The translations under genes were made by a program, and so were the position numbers. A stretch of 64,000 bases of DNA from Iphione sp. A-MEVVRFRX5 (Eukaryota): NCBI GenBank assembly GCA_976226885.1, contig OZ320322.1:42966001-43030000 (forward strand), written 5' to 3'. Positions 1-12,782 of this stretch are shown in pieces (the first letter of the stretch is position 1; each line of letters begins with the position of its first letter). The notes below the pieces were generated by a model. The model did not search any database, was not told where the DNA came from, and saw only the letters and a list, made by a program, of their open reading frames with translations.

Positions 1-299
1 CGGGGCGAGCTCGGTTCCCCTCCAATTCGACACCTACGGGGAGGTACCGGTCAACATGATATGATTTATTTAATTTTTATAGGTATGCATGGTTAAAAGT
101 AAGTTTCTTGGGGTTTTCTCTCCCTTATTTCAGGTTTAGAATAGATCACATTCATGATATGATTTATTTCATTCTTGTTGGTATGGTCAGAGTTAAGGGG
201 GGCCTGGGACCCCCCCTAACTGTGTGAAATTGAAAGTGGCCTTAGGCCACAATTCCAAATACGAATTATCCCAAATCCAAACGAGTTTGGCGGAAACGG

Positions 300-1660
300 C
301 GATCGTTCGGTTTTGGAATTCTCTCTGTATATGGAAAAGGTTATAAAGGTTTAGGTATGACCAAAGGTATGGGTGCTGCCATAATTTGACTTAACTACTT
401 CCTTTCTAAGTGTTGATAACAGGGGCCAATTACATAGACTTAGCCTGTTTATGAAAAAAAGCCCTTATGGAATCTCTAGGTACTAAATCTGAAGACTTAA
501 ACTTTTACTTTAGGGAAAAATATGATTACATGACATGGGTACAGAGATGCAAGTACTTCCTAGGTCTTCTAATGTACGATCTAGATAGATTGGATGTTCT
601 GAATAAGAATGAAGAACTTCGACTAGGCATGGTATGTCACGTCAAGTTATAATTGATATCTATAACCATCTATGAGTATAGGAGTCCTTTATATACCAAG
701 GGGTAACATATATCGTTAGAATTTCAGGAATGTACAAAAGACTGAGGCTGTGAATTGCCCTGTACGTTTCATTAAGGAGGTTGTTGGCTAGGTTCGCCAT
801 AGCCTCTTTAAGAGATGCATTAATATAGTGCTATTTGAAAACTTTCATCAATTTGGAGAAAATACTACTCAATGTACTATTGTTATCATTGAGTTGGAGA
901 AGTTCTGAATGGCAGAGGGGATCTGATAACGCAGTATAATCATAATGGGTCGGCAGAATTAACCTGTAGCACAGAACAATTCTGAAGCCAATTCCCGGGT
1001 AAATTTCACAATGCAAACCCGCCTGAATGCTGAAATACTGTCGAGCACTTTTAATCCCGTGAGATACGTAGGCGGGATTTCCATACCGCAGAAATAAATA
1101 TAATTCAAATATCCGTTCACAGTGTCGGCCATCAGAGGAGGCCAGCCAATCTCCTCTAGGCCCTGAGAGACCCGGAGACAGGCGCAGCGCTTGGATCCGG
1201 AGGGGCGTCAGAAAAAGCATGTAATAGCCGTATAGGATGCGCGTGTTGAAGCAACAGAAAGACAAAAGAGGAAGCATGTGTTTCTTTTGTGAATCTTTGA
1301 CATCCCGCAGAGTCATTACTACCACTGATTATTTCTAAACTGTTTCTGCTTTCGATCGATAGCTCGCACAGCTCTTGAAATGCTTGGACCTGAAATGATA
1401 ATGCGGTCATCATGAACAAGAATAAAACTTTGTAGCTGTTTTTGTTGTCTATTCAGAGGTATTGTAGAAATAAGGCACTCTATGGGTATCTAGGACTATC
1501 CCAGCATTAGAACAAGGCAGAGTTCCACCACAAAACAATATGGTCGACATTATCAGGCTTCCGTTACGAACCGTTCTGTCAGGAATTCTACAAGGGAAAT
1601 AGGCATATTCTAAATTAGTTGCTTCCCTTTTCAATGAGAAATATACCCAACTTAGCAAAG
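300..1660 (-). mobile_element. Highly degenerate Ty3/Gypsy integrase fossil
   Basis: Minus-strand frames give IFELYLFLRYGNPAYVSH (cf. IF.RYG.P..I.SD), ELASELF, LNDNNSTL (cf. ER.NRTL) and a downstream IGPCYQHLERK (GPY/F-like). Many stops and frameshifts; boundaries approximate. Confidence 0.5.
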
Positions 1661-3397
1661 CTAGGCATGACCTTATAGAATTGTGTCACTCTTCTACGGT
1701 TAAAGCTTTAAAGGTAATAGTGACCTCAACTTTCGTAGCTAGTGGTTACAATGATTAGGCTTGTTATGATATCTTTCTTGGATAAATATTAATACACACA
1801 TTCCATTTTCAAAATGAACGTTATTTCAGTTTATGGACCTAGCTAGTTATTGATTTCTTTTTAAAAGCCTACAAAAATAAAGATGAGGTGAAATATTTTT
1901 AATCAAGCACAGTAGTATAAGGGTTGGCATGGACTTTTTCAGATGCGATCAATGTGTTGAAAATCGACTTAAACTATAAGAAGACATAGTATTAGAGTAA
2001 GGTGAGTCTCTTGAGGTGAGTATGTCCAAAATGTGTGATTGCGGCTATATTTATGGTGGGTTGTGACTTACTTTGTATTTATCTTAATTCCAGCATTAAA
2101 GACCATCTTTTCCGCTAAAATGGACATTTTTAAATGGCCTCTCTTGCTAGCAAGCTTTCAACACGTTTAAAGATTAACTTATTAACAGATGTGTTACTTT
2201 CAATGAGTGCCCTAACCAACGTTTAGAGGAGATTACACGACAGTCGCTGTTCGTCGCTGCTGGTTGGTGTTTGCGGCAGATCATTGCCTCTCCTGCTGCG
2301 GAAATGAGTGCCAGCGCGAAAAGCAGACCCCTAGCAGAACGGCTCTAGTATAACCGTCTGAATGAGCAATGAAAACCACCCATCGTGAGGAGATGGACAA
2401 AAGTTCATGCCATTACCACCATGGTGCAGTAATTTCCCTCTTCTTGTTGAAAGTTTCTTCCTCACCTAGAATAAATACCAAAGGCAAACGTCGTGTCTTG
2501 TTTTTTACTGAACTATCCCGACAAGGCAAGAAAATAATTTCTCAGCGCACACTCGTCTCTCACTTCTGATGGGAAGATCGATGCGCTTAGCTAAATACAT
2601 TTAAATATTGACTAGAGCTTTCCAAAATGTACGCTCTTCATCAGAACATGCTGAAATACATAGACAGATAATTTTGTATCGAGGTAAATATTTCGTTCTG
2701 CCGCCTGCACGTCTAGATAGTCTGGTCTAGAGTGTACAATTAAATGCGTGTATATTGCTTCTGTCGGGTTTAATTACGTGGAGTCCGTGATAAGGAATGT
2801 CATATACACGTATCTTTTAGCGGCGGATTTCTCATAATACTTATTCATTTCACTTAATATATCCCACCAAGTATCCCCTCTTTCCGTCCCATAAGTTTCA
2901 TAATCAAATCAAAAGCGGACAAACATCCATACCCTGTCATAGGCGGGACAAAAATGGATATATATGTAGTTCAAACGTTGCTGCCTAGGCCATTGCTCGT
3001 CCTGTTCCTTGAGGATGTGTGGCGTATGTGTATTAATACCTGACCAGTCTGCTTCGGAGAGCATTATATTTTCGGGTTAAATATTACTCACACTACATAT
3101 AAGAAAAATTAACCGGTTCATCACGAGAGGTAGATTAGAGGGACAAGGCCAGATGCTGAATTTCCCGCCCTAATATCATGAAACGAGAACATCGTGTACC
3201 TTGTACTTATAAACATCTTTATAGAACCTACAAACCATTTTCAAAATCAATCACAGAATGAGAGAACGTTTATGAGGAAAAGACAGGAAAGTAGAGATGA
3301 AATGTTTTTAAACGTAGTCATCTGTGGTACCTAGCGCAAGCCATGGTGTTGGGAGGGGGGGGGGCTGCACAAGTATCTCATCTTGTGACTTAAACAT

Positions 3398-3414
3398 AGA
3401 GCGCCACCTGGTGA
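3398..3414. promoter_or_regulatory. CTCF-like motif
   Basis: AGAGCGCCACCTGGTGA closely matches the reverse complement of the CTCF core consensus. Motif match only. Confidence 0.25.
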
Positions 3415-3779
3415 TAACGCTTTATTGCGAGTGACAGGTCTAAACTGAGGCCTCAATCATTATTTCCTCATTATTGTATGCACCTGCGGCTGCAAGTTGA
3501 AGCCACCACAGAAATTGTTTCACACTCATATCTGGCATCCTATCACGTTTAGAAGCCCAGAATGCGAGAATAATCGCCCAGCACGAGTGTAGGGGTAACT
3601 ACAGAGGGGATGATGAAAATCATTGAATGAGGGTGGCGGCGTCGAAATAGGAAATGGCGGTAGGCTCACTGTGAGGGGTGTGGTCGAGCAGGAAAGACGG
3701 CCACAGATGGCAGTACAGACAATCCACGATCCCAGACATTTGACGTGAACGCCTTGCGGGTGCGATTGAGGCTTCAGAC

Positions 3780-3781
3780 GT

Positions 3782-3856
<75 letters not shown>
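3780..3856. repeat. Compound microsatellite (GT)n(GA)n
   Basis: Directly visible. Confidence 0.98.
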
Positions 3857-3858
<2 letters not shown>

Positions 3859-4559
3859 TCGGGGTGGTTTGGGGAAGTGGGGAGGTGAGTGGAGGTGGAG
3901 ACGCCAGGCGGAGGGTGAAGGTTGGAAGAGCAAAAGGGCCCCCGGGTTGTCGGTTTCCCCTAGAGAATTGGGATCTCCATAACCTTAAGGAAAGCCGGAG
4001 GGGCCTTTTCACATCGACATTCTCGACGTAGTTTTGTCACTGTCACCCCTCCAAATGAACTCAATCTAATTTTGCATTCTGATATTTCATTCCAAGACCT
4101 ATCTACAGAAGCAGAATTTGTCTCTGTATAATGCCTTCTAAAAGTGTCTAGAAGTCCGTAAACATAGAGTGTTATTTCTTCTTTAATGAAAGAAAAGCAA
4201 ACAATTTCGCCGTGAAAAGAAATGTTTCTCTTTATTTGGTGCAAGTGAATCCCCCACCAACACTGACAAAACAGAACATAATATTAACAGCTGTTTGACC
4301 CTCGAAAGAAGAAGATTCGAAAGCTTACAGGTACAGGAAGAAATAGAGTTCAAGCAATGTTATACATCTGATATTACGACATAACTGTTTTTACAAGAGT
4401 ATTTGATTACTGAAAATTAATGTACAAAATAAGAAGTATTGATGTTCTCGTGAAGTAATTATGTTATTTCTACCATTTGAATTCATAGGCTTTTTTTTAT
4501 TTTCATAAACGCGACAGGGATTTGTCTGTCAGTATGACAAGGCCATAACACAGCATCAC

Positions 4560-5900
4560 ACGAGAACCGTCAAAGAAAGGTTGTGCCATTAACCGTGAGA
4601 TCCGATAGTCAACATTGGGTCATCCTGAGTTCTCCTATCCCGTTTCACGCTAATTTATCGAATCCATCCAGTTCCAAGACCCGGTTTTCTCTCGCAAATT
4701 CCCTCAGTTCGTCATGGCAACTCGGGACAACTTTCTGTTTGATAATGAAGTCGGAAGCGCTGAGACACGGAGATTAAGGGTGGCACAAATAGCTTTGCTG
4801 GCTTCTACGAAGTAACTAGATGGAGAATCACCCACAGCTCAGAGCCTCAGATAATATATCATGACTCGGTTTGGATTTCAGGCAGTCGAATGGACCATGA
4901 ACCGTAAAGAAAGATTACAAGGGGGGAGAGAACATTTCACTAGTAATTAAATTGGTGTCTGGCGCACCTTAAAGAGTGACATCCCCAATTTTGAGCACAA
5001 GTTCCGATGTTTTAATGGCCAGGTAGTGTAAAAAATTAAACTTCACCTCCCACTCTCCGTATCGATGACCACAGGACGGCGTGACTTCTTATTTTCTTTT
5101 TCATCGCCTTACTGGCTTTCGTGGCCACAATGTTTTGATTGAATCGTGTTTGGCGAGACAGATTGCAAATTTGGGGCCGAGGAAATTAAAACTTTAACAG
5201 CATTATATTGGATGAAACCAAATAGTTATGCAATTAGGCCCTCTGGTTATTTTTTTCAAAAAATATCTCAACAAATTGAAGAACATGTTGGCGAGATTTC
5301 TTTATTCGCCTGATCTAAACGCGTTCAAGGTCCCTCAAAATACCATTCGCCCGGGTCTCAGAAGGAAGTAATAATATCTGTTGCTTCATTTATTTGGGGA
5401 CTGCTTTACATTTGGTGGCCATTGTCAACATATCTCAACAAGAGTCGGTGCTGAAGTCTTGTAGACCTATATTGTTTGGTGCTGTCATATAACCACAAAA
5501 GTTGTCCCTGTCCGTTAATCGATCTAAGGACCTTCATGGAGTCAACCTTGGGGAAGCTTGAACGTAGGGGATGCACGGGTGGGCATTAGTTTAGCACATC
5601 ACTTTGCACCACATAGCAATGCCATGGTCAATCCTGTGAAAGAGTCCATAATTTCTTCTACAACTAAAGGTAAAACTTGCGTTGGAAAAAGGAACGACAC
5701 GACAAAACCTGTAGCGTGTGAACTGAATCGGACAGGCGTGTGACGGGGTAAAGCCTCGTTTCTGTCGACGATTCTGTTTCAGTGTCCGTGTCGACGGGGC
5801 CAGTTTTCTTTCAAATTCTTTGATCCATTGTAGCGGCCTCCGTGAGGTTGGGAAAGCCATGACAAAGGCGTAATTCCGTTGAATCACCACGGGGTGTCAT
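4560..5900 (-). mobile_element. Highly degenerate Ty3/Gypsy RT (and possibly RNase H) fossil
   Basis: Minus-strand pieces appear in the expected order: RFCRVVPFSNA..HRID (cf. RFCVDYRKLN..PRID), LCGAK*CAKL (cf. GAKYFSKLD), RTGTTF, HVLQFVEIFFEK, NFLG, SIKTLWPRKP..KKIRS (cf. AI..WP.P..KELRSFLG). Confidence 0.45.
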
Positions 5901-6689
5901 GGAAAGGCGTTAAAAGCATCACCACAACACGCTACACTTCATGGTAGGCAACGTGGCAGGAATCTGAATGACAAGCGGAAAAGCATCCCGCAAAAAGCTA
6001 AAGGTCTAAAAGGCTGAATGCTTCTGTTGATGTTCCCAAAATGGTTCCGGGGCAATTTCCGCCAAATCACCAATTTACATCGTAATGAACTCATACTATG
6101 AATATCTCACACTATGTTTCCTCATATAGGTTAAGTCAACTCTAAAGCTTCGATATAATGGAGGTTGGATATAATGAGCCACATATATACATGTATATGT
6201 TCAGAAAGTAGGTTTGCCGTTTTGTTGAATTTACCGGACATTTTTCATCTTCCAATTCTGATGCCTAAGTAAATTTGTATCAGGATACTGTGTTATTTCA
6301 GATTTATTCCGCCACAAGATATTGTTTTTTTAATATCCATTATTGTGTATTTCTCATCACCGAAAAAAAACTAAATTGAAATCATCAAGTTTTGACTGGG
6401 GCGAAGTATCTGTTGTACTTCCCTGGGGCTTTAACCCTACGTCTCCTTCATAAGCCTAACCGGGAGAGTAAGAAAGGATCAACTCAGCGACTGGTTTTGC
6501 TTGTCGTGCTGCTGCATCTACTTAAACTGACGGTTGATAAGTCTACAGGAGACCACTTTTGTAGTTTACACAGCACTAATGTTGTGTGCCCTCTCTGCAT
6601 CATCATCCCAGTCACAAGGCGTGAGACTCGACATTGTCCATTCCGATGGGGTATCAGCTGACTGAAGCAGCATTAAAAGTAGTTAAATT

Positions 6690-7330
6690 CGCAAATATTT
6701 ATATGTATGCGGATGATGTTGCGATGATTACGGTTGGTGCTAGCCTGGATGAAACTCTAGAAAAAGTAAAACTGGATTTCAGCAAATTTTACAGTGGATC
6801 AAACGAATGAAAATAATGTGAAATATATCCAGAACTGTAGCAATTCGGTTCCAGTATGTCCAAAACAGATTTGAGGGTGGGGAGAGCAAAATCGCGATGG
6901 TTAACCAGGTAACATACCTGGGAGTCATCCTGGATAGATTTTCCATGGTTGCTCAACATCATATCTTAATCTGCAAACTATGCATGAGATTCCATCATCT
7001 TAAGATGATAAGAAAGAACCTGGACCAGAAAAGTGCCCTTAATATAATAACGACCTTTGTCCTTCCTGTGAGTATGAAATAGTGGTTTGTACAAATCCTA
7101 GCTCTGAGTCCTTTAAGAAACTGATAAGAGTAGGGAAATCCATCGTTAACTGTGGATATGGGTACAAACGAGTTACAACTAATGATGCTAAGTGTGATTT
7201 TCTGGCAAAAAGAGTTTACAGTCCAACCACATTATCCGGAGTACCTCCATTATTCAAACTTTTGTATGGATGATGGTATCGCTACCATGCATCTCCTGGC
7301 GGGAAAAAGTGGCATAAAAGTAAACTATCG
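6690..7330 (+). mobile_element. LINE (L2/CR1-like) RT C-terminal fragment
   Basis: YMYADDVA RT motif near 6710, then VTYLGVILD and KMIRKNLDQKSALNIITTFVLP; frameshifted. Confidence 0.7.
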
Positions 7331-7612
7331 GTAGATTATTTAAGTGGATTTATATTGATTCTATATTGATTCCAATCGCTACTGGAGCATCTCCTGGTGA
7401 AAAAAAACATGTATAAAAGTAGAGTATTGTAGAAATATTAGAAATTAGTCAATTTTTTTCATGTTGAACAAAAGTCAGTCAAATCTATTCTAATTGAGAT
7501 AGGAGTGATTTATTAACATCAGATGCATGCATACAAGTGAAAATACCGGTATATTGAAAAACATAATATGTTTTAATACAAAGGTAACTCTGTGAGGCAA
7601 TTGGAATGTCCC

Positions 7613-9609
7613 TTAAAAATTTTTTTTATTAGTGTCTGCCTGGCACTCATCTTTATTTGTTTGGGTTTTCAGGAGTAAAGCCCTGAGGAATTGTGCTCCT
7701 TGCATATCATGCTGTTCTTCACAAAATCTGACCAGGTTGTTAACAGATTTTGTGATATCACTGAGGGTAAGTGTTAGGGGTGCAACATCCTCCAAGTCCT
7801 CCTCATTATCTGGTGCTGGATTATCAGGCTAGGACACCAAGCTCAAAATGGTGCCATCTGATAGTTCCCCTAATGTTTCAGCCCCAGAGTCGACCATGGC
7901 GTATTCCTTAGCTGTCATTAGAGGTTGGCCATCCTCCTTTGGCATTGACTGAAGGAGTCTCTAGAGTTCTAGGAGACCAAGATCATCTTCCTCAGAAAAT
8001 TCACCCTCAATGTTTGATGTGTGAGGGGTGCTTGGAAGAATCTGCACATGCTTCCAACACCTATGGTGACAGATCGTCAGGCCTCATGCAACATGAGGAT
8101 GACCTTCTTCAAGTTAGTGGTGAGCACACTGTCACTTCCAATACAGTCCAGGAAGTGCCTCAGCAGCCTCCTCCTCTACTGATCCTTGAAGGAGGCAATT
8201 ATCCCAGCATCTGGTGGTTGGATATGGAATGAGGTATTGGGTGGCAAGAATTTGATGGTCAAATGAGAGAATGTCTCTGATGGCTTGTGTGGTCCAGCAT
8301 TGTTGCACAGGACCAGGTAGCATCTACCCTGCCCCTTGGCTCGGTCATTAAGCATGGATAGGTAGTCGACCCAGACTGTCAATGTCATCCATGCCTTTGC
8401 ATTGTACTGATAGTGAACATACATCCAAGGATCAAATCCTCTTGAGAAACATCTTTATCAGGCTGCTGACTTGCCTATCATTGGGGATGAATCTTGTCTG
8501 TTCCTGTGGCGTTGTAGGCCAGGATGACTGTGAAGTGATTTTTTCTGTGTTCTCTCCCTTAACAGGGCCTGTTGACAATGTGGCAGTTGGCTTGAGCCTA
8601 TAAAATAGGCCTGTTTCATTGATGTTGTAAATGTCTTTTGGGACATACCCACTTAGTTCTTATTGAAGACATCTTGAAGCAGCCAAACCATCCATGGCTG
8701 TAGTTGAAGTAAGCAAGTCCAAGCTGGGATCCAAAATTTTTACCTTTTTCAATCATAATGATATTGCTTATAATGGTGCCCTGACCATATACATCATGGA
8801 ACCAAAAAAGAAGACCGTGTTCCAATTAAGCCTGGGCCGGAGACCTTTGATGACATAGCTTCCCCTCATCACTGGACAATGAAATCCAATGACAGGAACA
8901 TTTTAGGATGTCTGAAACAGTCAACCAGGGTAGAAGGAACCCCCATTTTGTAGAAAATTTCTGCATCAACTCAGCTTGGGACCATCCAAGATTAGCTGCC
9001 TTGTATAGACAGAGCTCTTTCTTCTGCTGATTCATAATACAGATGGGATGACGTTTGTTGGGCTCAGACATCTTGATTTCCCTAGAGGAATGAATGCAGA
9101 CAGTGCAAAACACTTGTCTTATATGCTGTTCACATGCTCTGGATGAGCCTGGCAGGAAGCACTGGTCTAGACATGCATTTCTAACCCTCACAATACTCTA
9201 AGGAGGATATCCAAGTTGAAAGTGAATTTATTGCAATTTAACTAATGCCTAACCACAATAACATCTGACACATAGCCAATATCCCTTTGTTCGTGAGCCC
9301 CTCCCCATACTCTGTTGTTGTATGCATCATGAAGTTGCAAGCGACTGACACTAATGCTATCTGCTACCTACTCCAAAAACAGATGCAAACCCCTGTGGTG
9401 GCTCTAGCCTGCATGGCATGGTCTACCTCCAGTTAACTGTGTCCAATTTCTATATGAATCAATTCAAAATGGCTTGAAATCGACTCCAGTTGCAGATAAA
9501 ATTCCGGATAAATAGTGCAATTTATAATATAAAAGAATCAGTTATTCGGTTTGGGTCCAATTGGTGAGAAATTCCAGTTATTGCAACTCCGGTAGATGGG
9601 GTTTGACTG
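7613..9609 (-). mobile_element. pogo/Tigger-like DNA transposon fossil (CENP-B HTH + DDE_1), pseudogenised transposase about 9071 to 7613
   Basis: N-terminal HTH MSEPNKR..KKELCLY, FNYSHGWFGCFK, IYNINETGLFYR (cf. N.DETGLF) and NNAGPH..IKFLPPNTSFHIQPPDAGIIASFK. Terminus TA|CAGTCAAAC at 9609 on the minus strand; the other TIR was not clearly found. Confidence 0.85.
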
Positions 9610-9989
9610 TATAGGCTTAGAGCTCTTGGATATTGAGTGGCAAGAAACAGAGAAATTAATGCTCTAAATACATGTCGGAGTGACAGGAAGGAGTTTGTGA
9701 TTCCTAGACCAAAGTGTGAGTCCTTCAGGATGTAACGTGTCTAATGTCGAGATGAGCTCTAGTAGCCAATAAGACTGTATTATAATGAAATTTGAGAAAA
9801 ACAGATGAATAATGTTCACTCCAAATACACTAATATAGTTGTGCATGGAATGGTCTCTCTCGTAAGTGCAAAGAGAAAGGGTCTATTTATTCCAGAAAAC
9901 ATGGGTTTATATATGATAGTGTTACATAAAAGTTTGCTAAAAATAGTGCGTCTAGACATACATTACTATGCAGCAAATAAACAACCTAA

Positions 9990-12130
9990 GGTATACCCCT
10001 ACTACGCAGTACCCAGTCAAATCCGGGAGCGTTACGGATTTCACCTTATCACAGATCGCGGACCCTCTTGCGGATCGCTCTCACGGACCGCACCTAGCCT
10101 TTAACATTATACGCTCTTATTTCATGCACACACTACAAGGAGAACAGTTGAATAATTATGCCAAATTATCAAGTTTTATGGATAATGCTACTACTACTGA
10201 AATCCAAAATCCTTTCAGGAAGGTTATGTTAAAGTAGATAGTTGTTAGGTGACGTCGTAACCTGCAAAAATAATATGCCACTTATCTACTTATCACACTA
10301 CTGCCTGTTTGCATGTAGACTGACAAGAGGTAAAAACTAAAGGTACACTATAACTTCTTCAATTATCACTATATCATATCAACAACTGTGTAAGGAGGTG
10401 AAAAAAAACTGGATACAAAATACAAAATGTATGTACAATGTACTCTTCCAGTGAAATAAATGTTTTAAAAAAATATGTTCGAGCAGAGCTGATGTGATTT
10501 GAGCAAAAAAGAAACAACTGGTCTTTGGTCTCCCCCTCCTCCTCCTCCTTCTTCTCTCTTCCTCTAATAGTCTCTGTGAGGTTGTATTGATCGGTATGGC
10601 AGTAATTTAGCTGACACATCCTTATCAATTGTTGCATTGCTGGACTGTCAGCCATCCTGCTACAACACCTTTTTTTGCCACTCGTGATTTCAAAATGCAC
10701 TGTCAACCAATTGAAATGTGGACATTTCGAATGGTTAGAAAATAACCTTTAAAAAATCGCGTTATAGATATATTGTATTGAATCGGCGATGCACCAGGTG
10801 GAAAACAACGTTTAACTTCAGCTGCTGTTCTTGGTTTTCTGCCTCAAGATTTCTTACAATTCATCATTAGATCCCTAACGTTTCCTAAAGGTGCTGCAGC
10901 ATTCATACCGGTTCAGTTACACAAATATAGATCTCCAGTGAACGCTGCGCGAGTGCGAAACTGTACTCCTCGTCTTTTTCTTTCTATCCTTTGCTTGTGT
11001 CGTAGTGCATGATGGCATCATGGAACATCCATACTTTGTCAGTATACAAGACACGTTCTTTACTCAACTTTATGTAGTAAAATGAATCAGATAAATCTTA
11101 CCAGACATGCCTAAAACGCAGAACGTCCCACTTCATAAATCACGTACATGTACTGCTTTTGTCCGCTACATGCCATGCTGCATCGTGACTGGCGTCTCCT
11201 CGTCATTTTCTGAAGCATATTACCCCATATTTTCTGACTTTTTACAGGCGCAATCTACCAACTTTGACACACATAATTGGCGAACTTTCACAAGTAGATT
11301 TGCGCCTTCAATCAATCAGAAAGATATCTTCTGGCATGTTTAAGAGAGATTGCCCTGATTCTTAACTGCCTTCAGTCAATGTCCTTTGTCTTCCTTCCTT
11401 CTGCTAATCCTTTTTCTCCACACGTGTGTTTTCCGCTATCAATGTCCATCAACTGGGCCCCGTCTTAAATTAGAGCAATTTCTCCAATAGCTCACTATCT
11501 CGTCTTTTCTGCATGCAAGATTCACATTTTACCGTGCTCCTTGTTGATTTAAGAGCAGCAATCTATTTTTTCCCATTTCCGAATCACCAAGCCTCTTGGT
11601 TCTCACATTTGTCAGGGAAGACTACAACATGAACCACCATCCCCCCTAGGAGACCCTTCCTGGGAAGTTATTTAATGTTGATCATTAGAATATTTTGTCC
11701 TGACGTTAGATACTATCATCATATATGGAGGAGATTCTTCCGATATCACCTGCCAATGACGTACGACGAATTTCCCTAGACATTAAAACTTTCCTCATGT
11801 CTAACCCGATGTACTTTTTCCGCTTTCCTCCCATCGTATGCATTAATGACTTCAACAACTTGAAATACACAGGTTGTGAAGACTTATGACCGTATGGCAG
11901 TCGATAATCATCACTGTTTGTCGCCAATATGCGGTGCAGAAAACCTGCCCCATACATCGAGACCTGAAACCGATAAATCGTAGATAATATCTGGTTGTAT
12001 GAACTTTGTTTTCTCGGATCGACAGATGTCCTTCAGCAGATGTTCTTTGAACAGCGAATTTCATAGTAATTAATTGTCGGTCAGCAACCTGTTTCACAAG
12101 CTCAAAAAATGGTGCTCTCGAGCCAGACCT
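9990..12130 (-). mobile_element. Degenerate Gypsy integrase region
   Basis: VRQLCVSKLVDC (Zn-finger remnant), AVHVRDL..GKIYLIHFTT (cf. V..DLF..GK.YL.IVDY), GSNDEL*EILRQK (cf. QSNG.AER) and GPRS near 10060. Many lesions. Confidence 0.4.
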
Positions 12131-12465
12131 CATTATCCGCAGACATTGTTCTGATTTACTTGTTATCTGGATAACCTTTTATGTCACAGGTTGCAATTTT
12201 TCTGGACACATGTAATAAAGTTATCCAGATTTAATTTTATCCAGATGCAATTATTGGAAGCAGAGGGGATCCGGATAATGAGGGTTGGATATCTAAATGG
12301 AATTTGTAAACGCCTGGTTTTTACAGGTAGAAACCACATTAAAATTCACCAGTAAGTACGTTAGAAACTGAATAGTCTGCTAAAAATTATTACAAAAACA
12401 GGATTATTTTATGCCATTAGCCGTGATTCAGTTGTAATCCTACTTTTTAACCCGATGGGAACTGT

Positions 12466-12551
12466 TGATGCCTGGAGGTATCACCGTGAATTGGACGGAT
12501 GATGCCCATGGGCATCACCATGGATTGGACGGATGATGCCTCCAGGCATCA
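12466..12551. repeat. Subterminal array of 34-bp period with three palindromic TGATGCC-N4-GGCATCA cores
   Basis: Units start at 12466, 12500 and 12534; the first core has one mismatch (GGTATCA). Confidence 0.9.
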
Positions 12552-12782
12552 TTTAGTGTATAATTGGAAATGTTAATAGAAATTAATCCAAAAGAATGTT
12601 ATTTAATTTTTATTTGGCAGTTTTTTTAGAAATTAATTTTGGATCATATCATATATTGGTAATCAGGGGTAACCAAGGGAAAAATGTACATGTGACCTTT
12701 CAATATCCTACTTGCTGGAGCCTATCTGTGGATGCAGAAGGGTGTCAGTGCTACTGGAAATAGTTGCATTTTTCACCTGGAA

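Noticed and set aside
191-221. G/C hairpin AGTTAAGGGGGG..CCCCCCCTAACT as a terminator, polypurine tract or viral terminus
   Set aside because: Isolated, with no supporting LTR pair or viral ORF.
2609-2644. Minus-strand CTGATGA...GAAA as a hammerhead ribozyme
   Set aside because: Stem II cannot pair.
3526-4031. Several 60-135 aa ORFs with SLSLSL/ERERER/HTHTHT runs (also near 30000, 46300, 53700 and 62200)
   Set aside because: They are translations of dinucleotide microsatellites.
10374-10706. ORF with CC..C..C.TD.YN resembling a Ly6/three-finger domain
   Set aside because: Cys spacing is incomplete, no splice context was found, and it lies within the Gypsy fossil.
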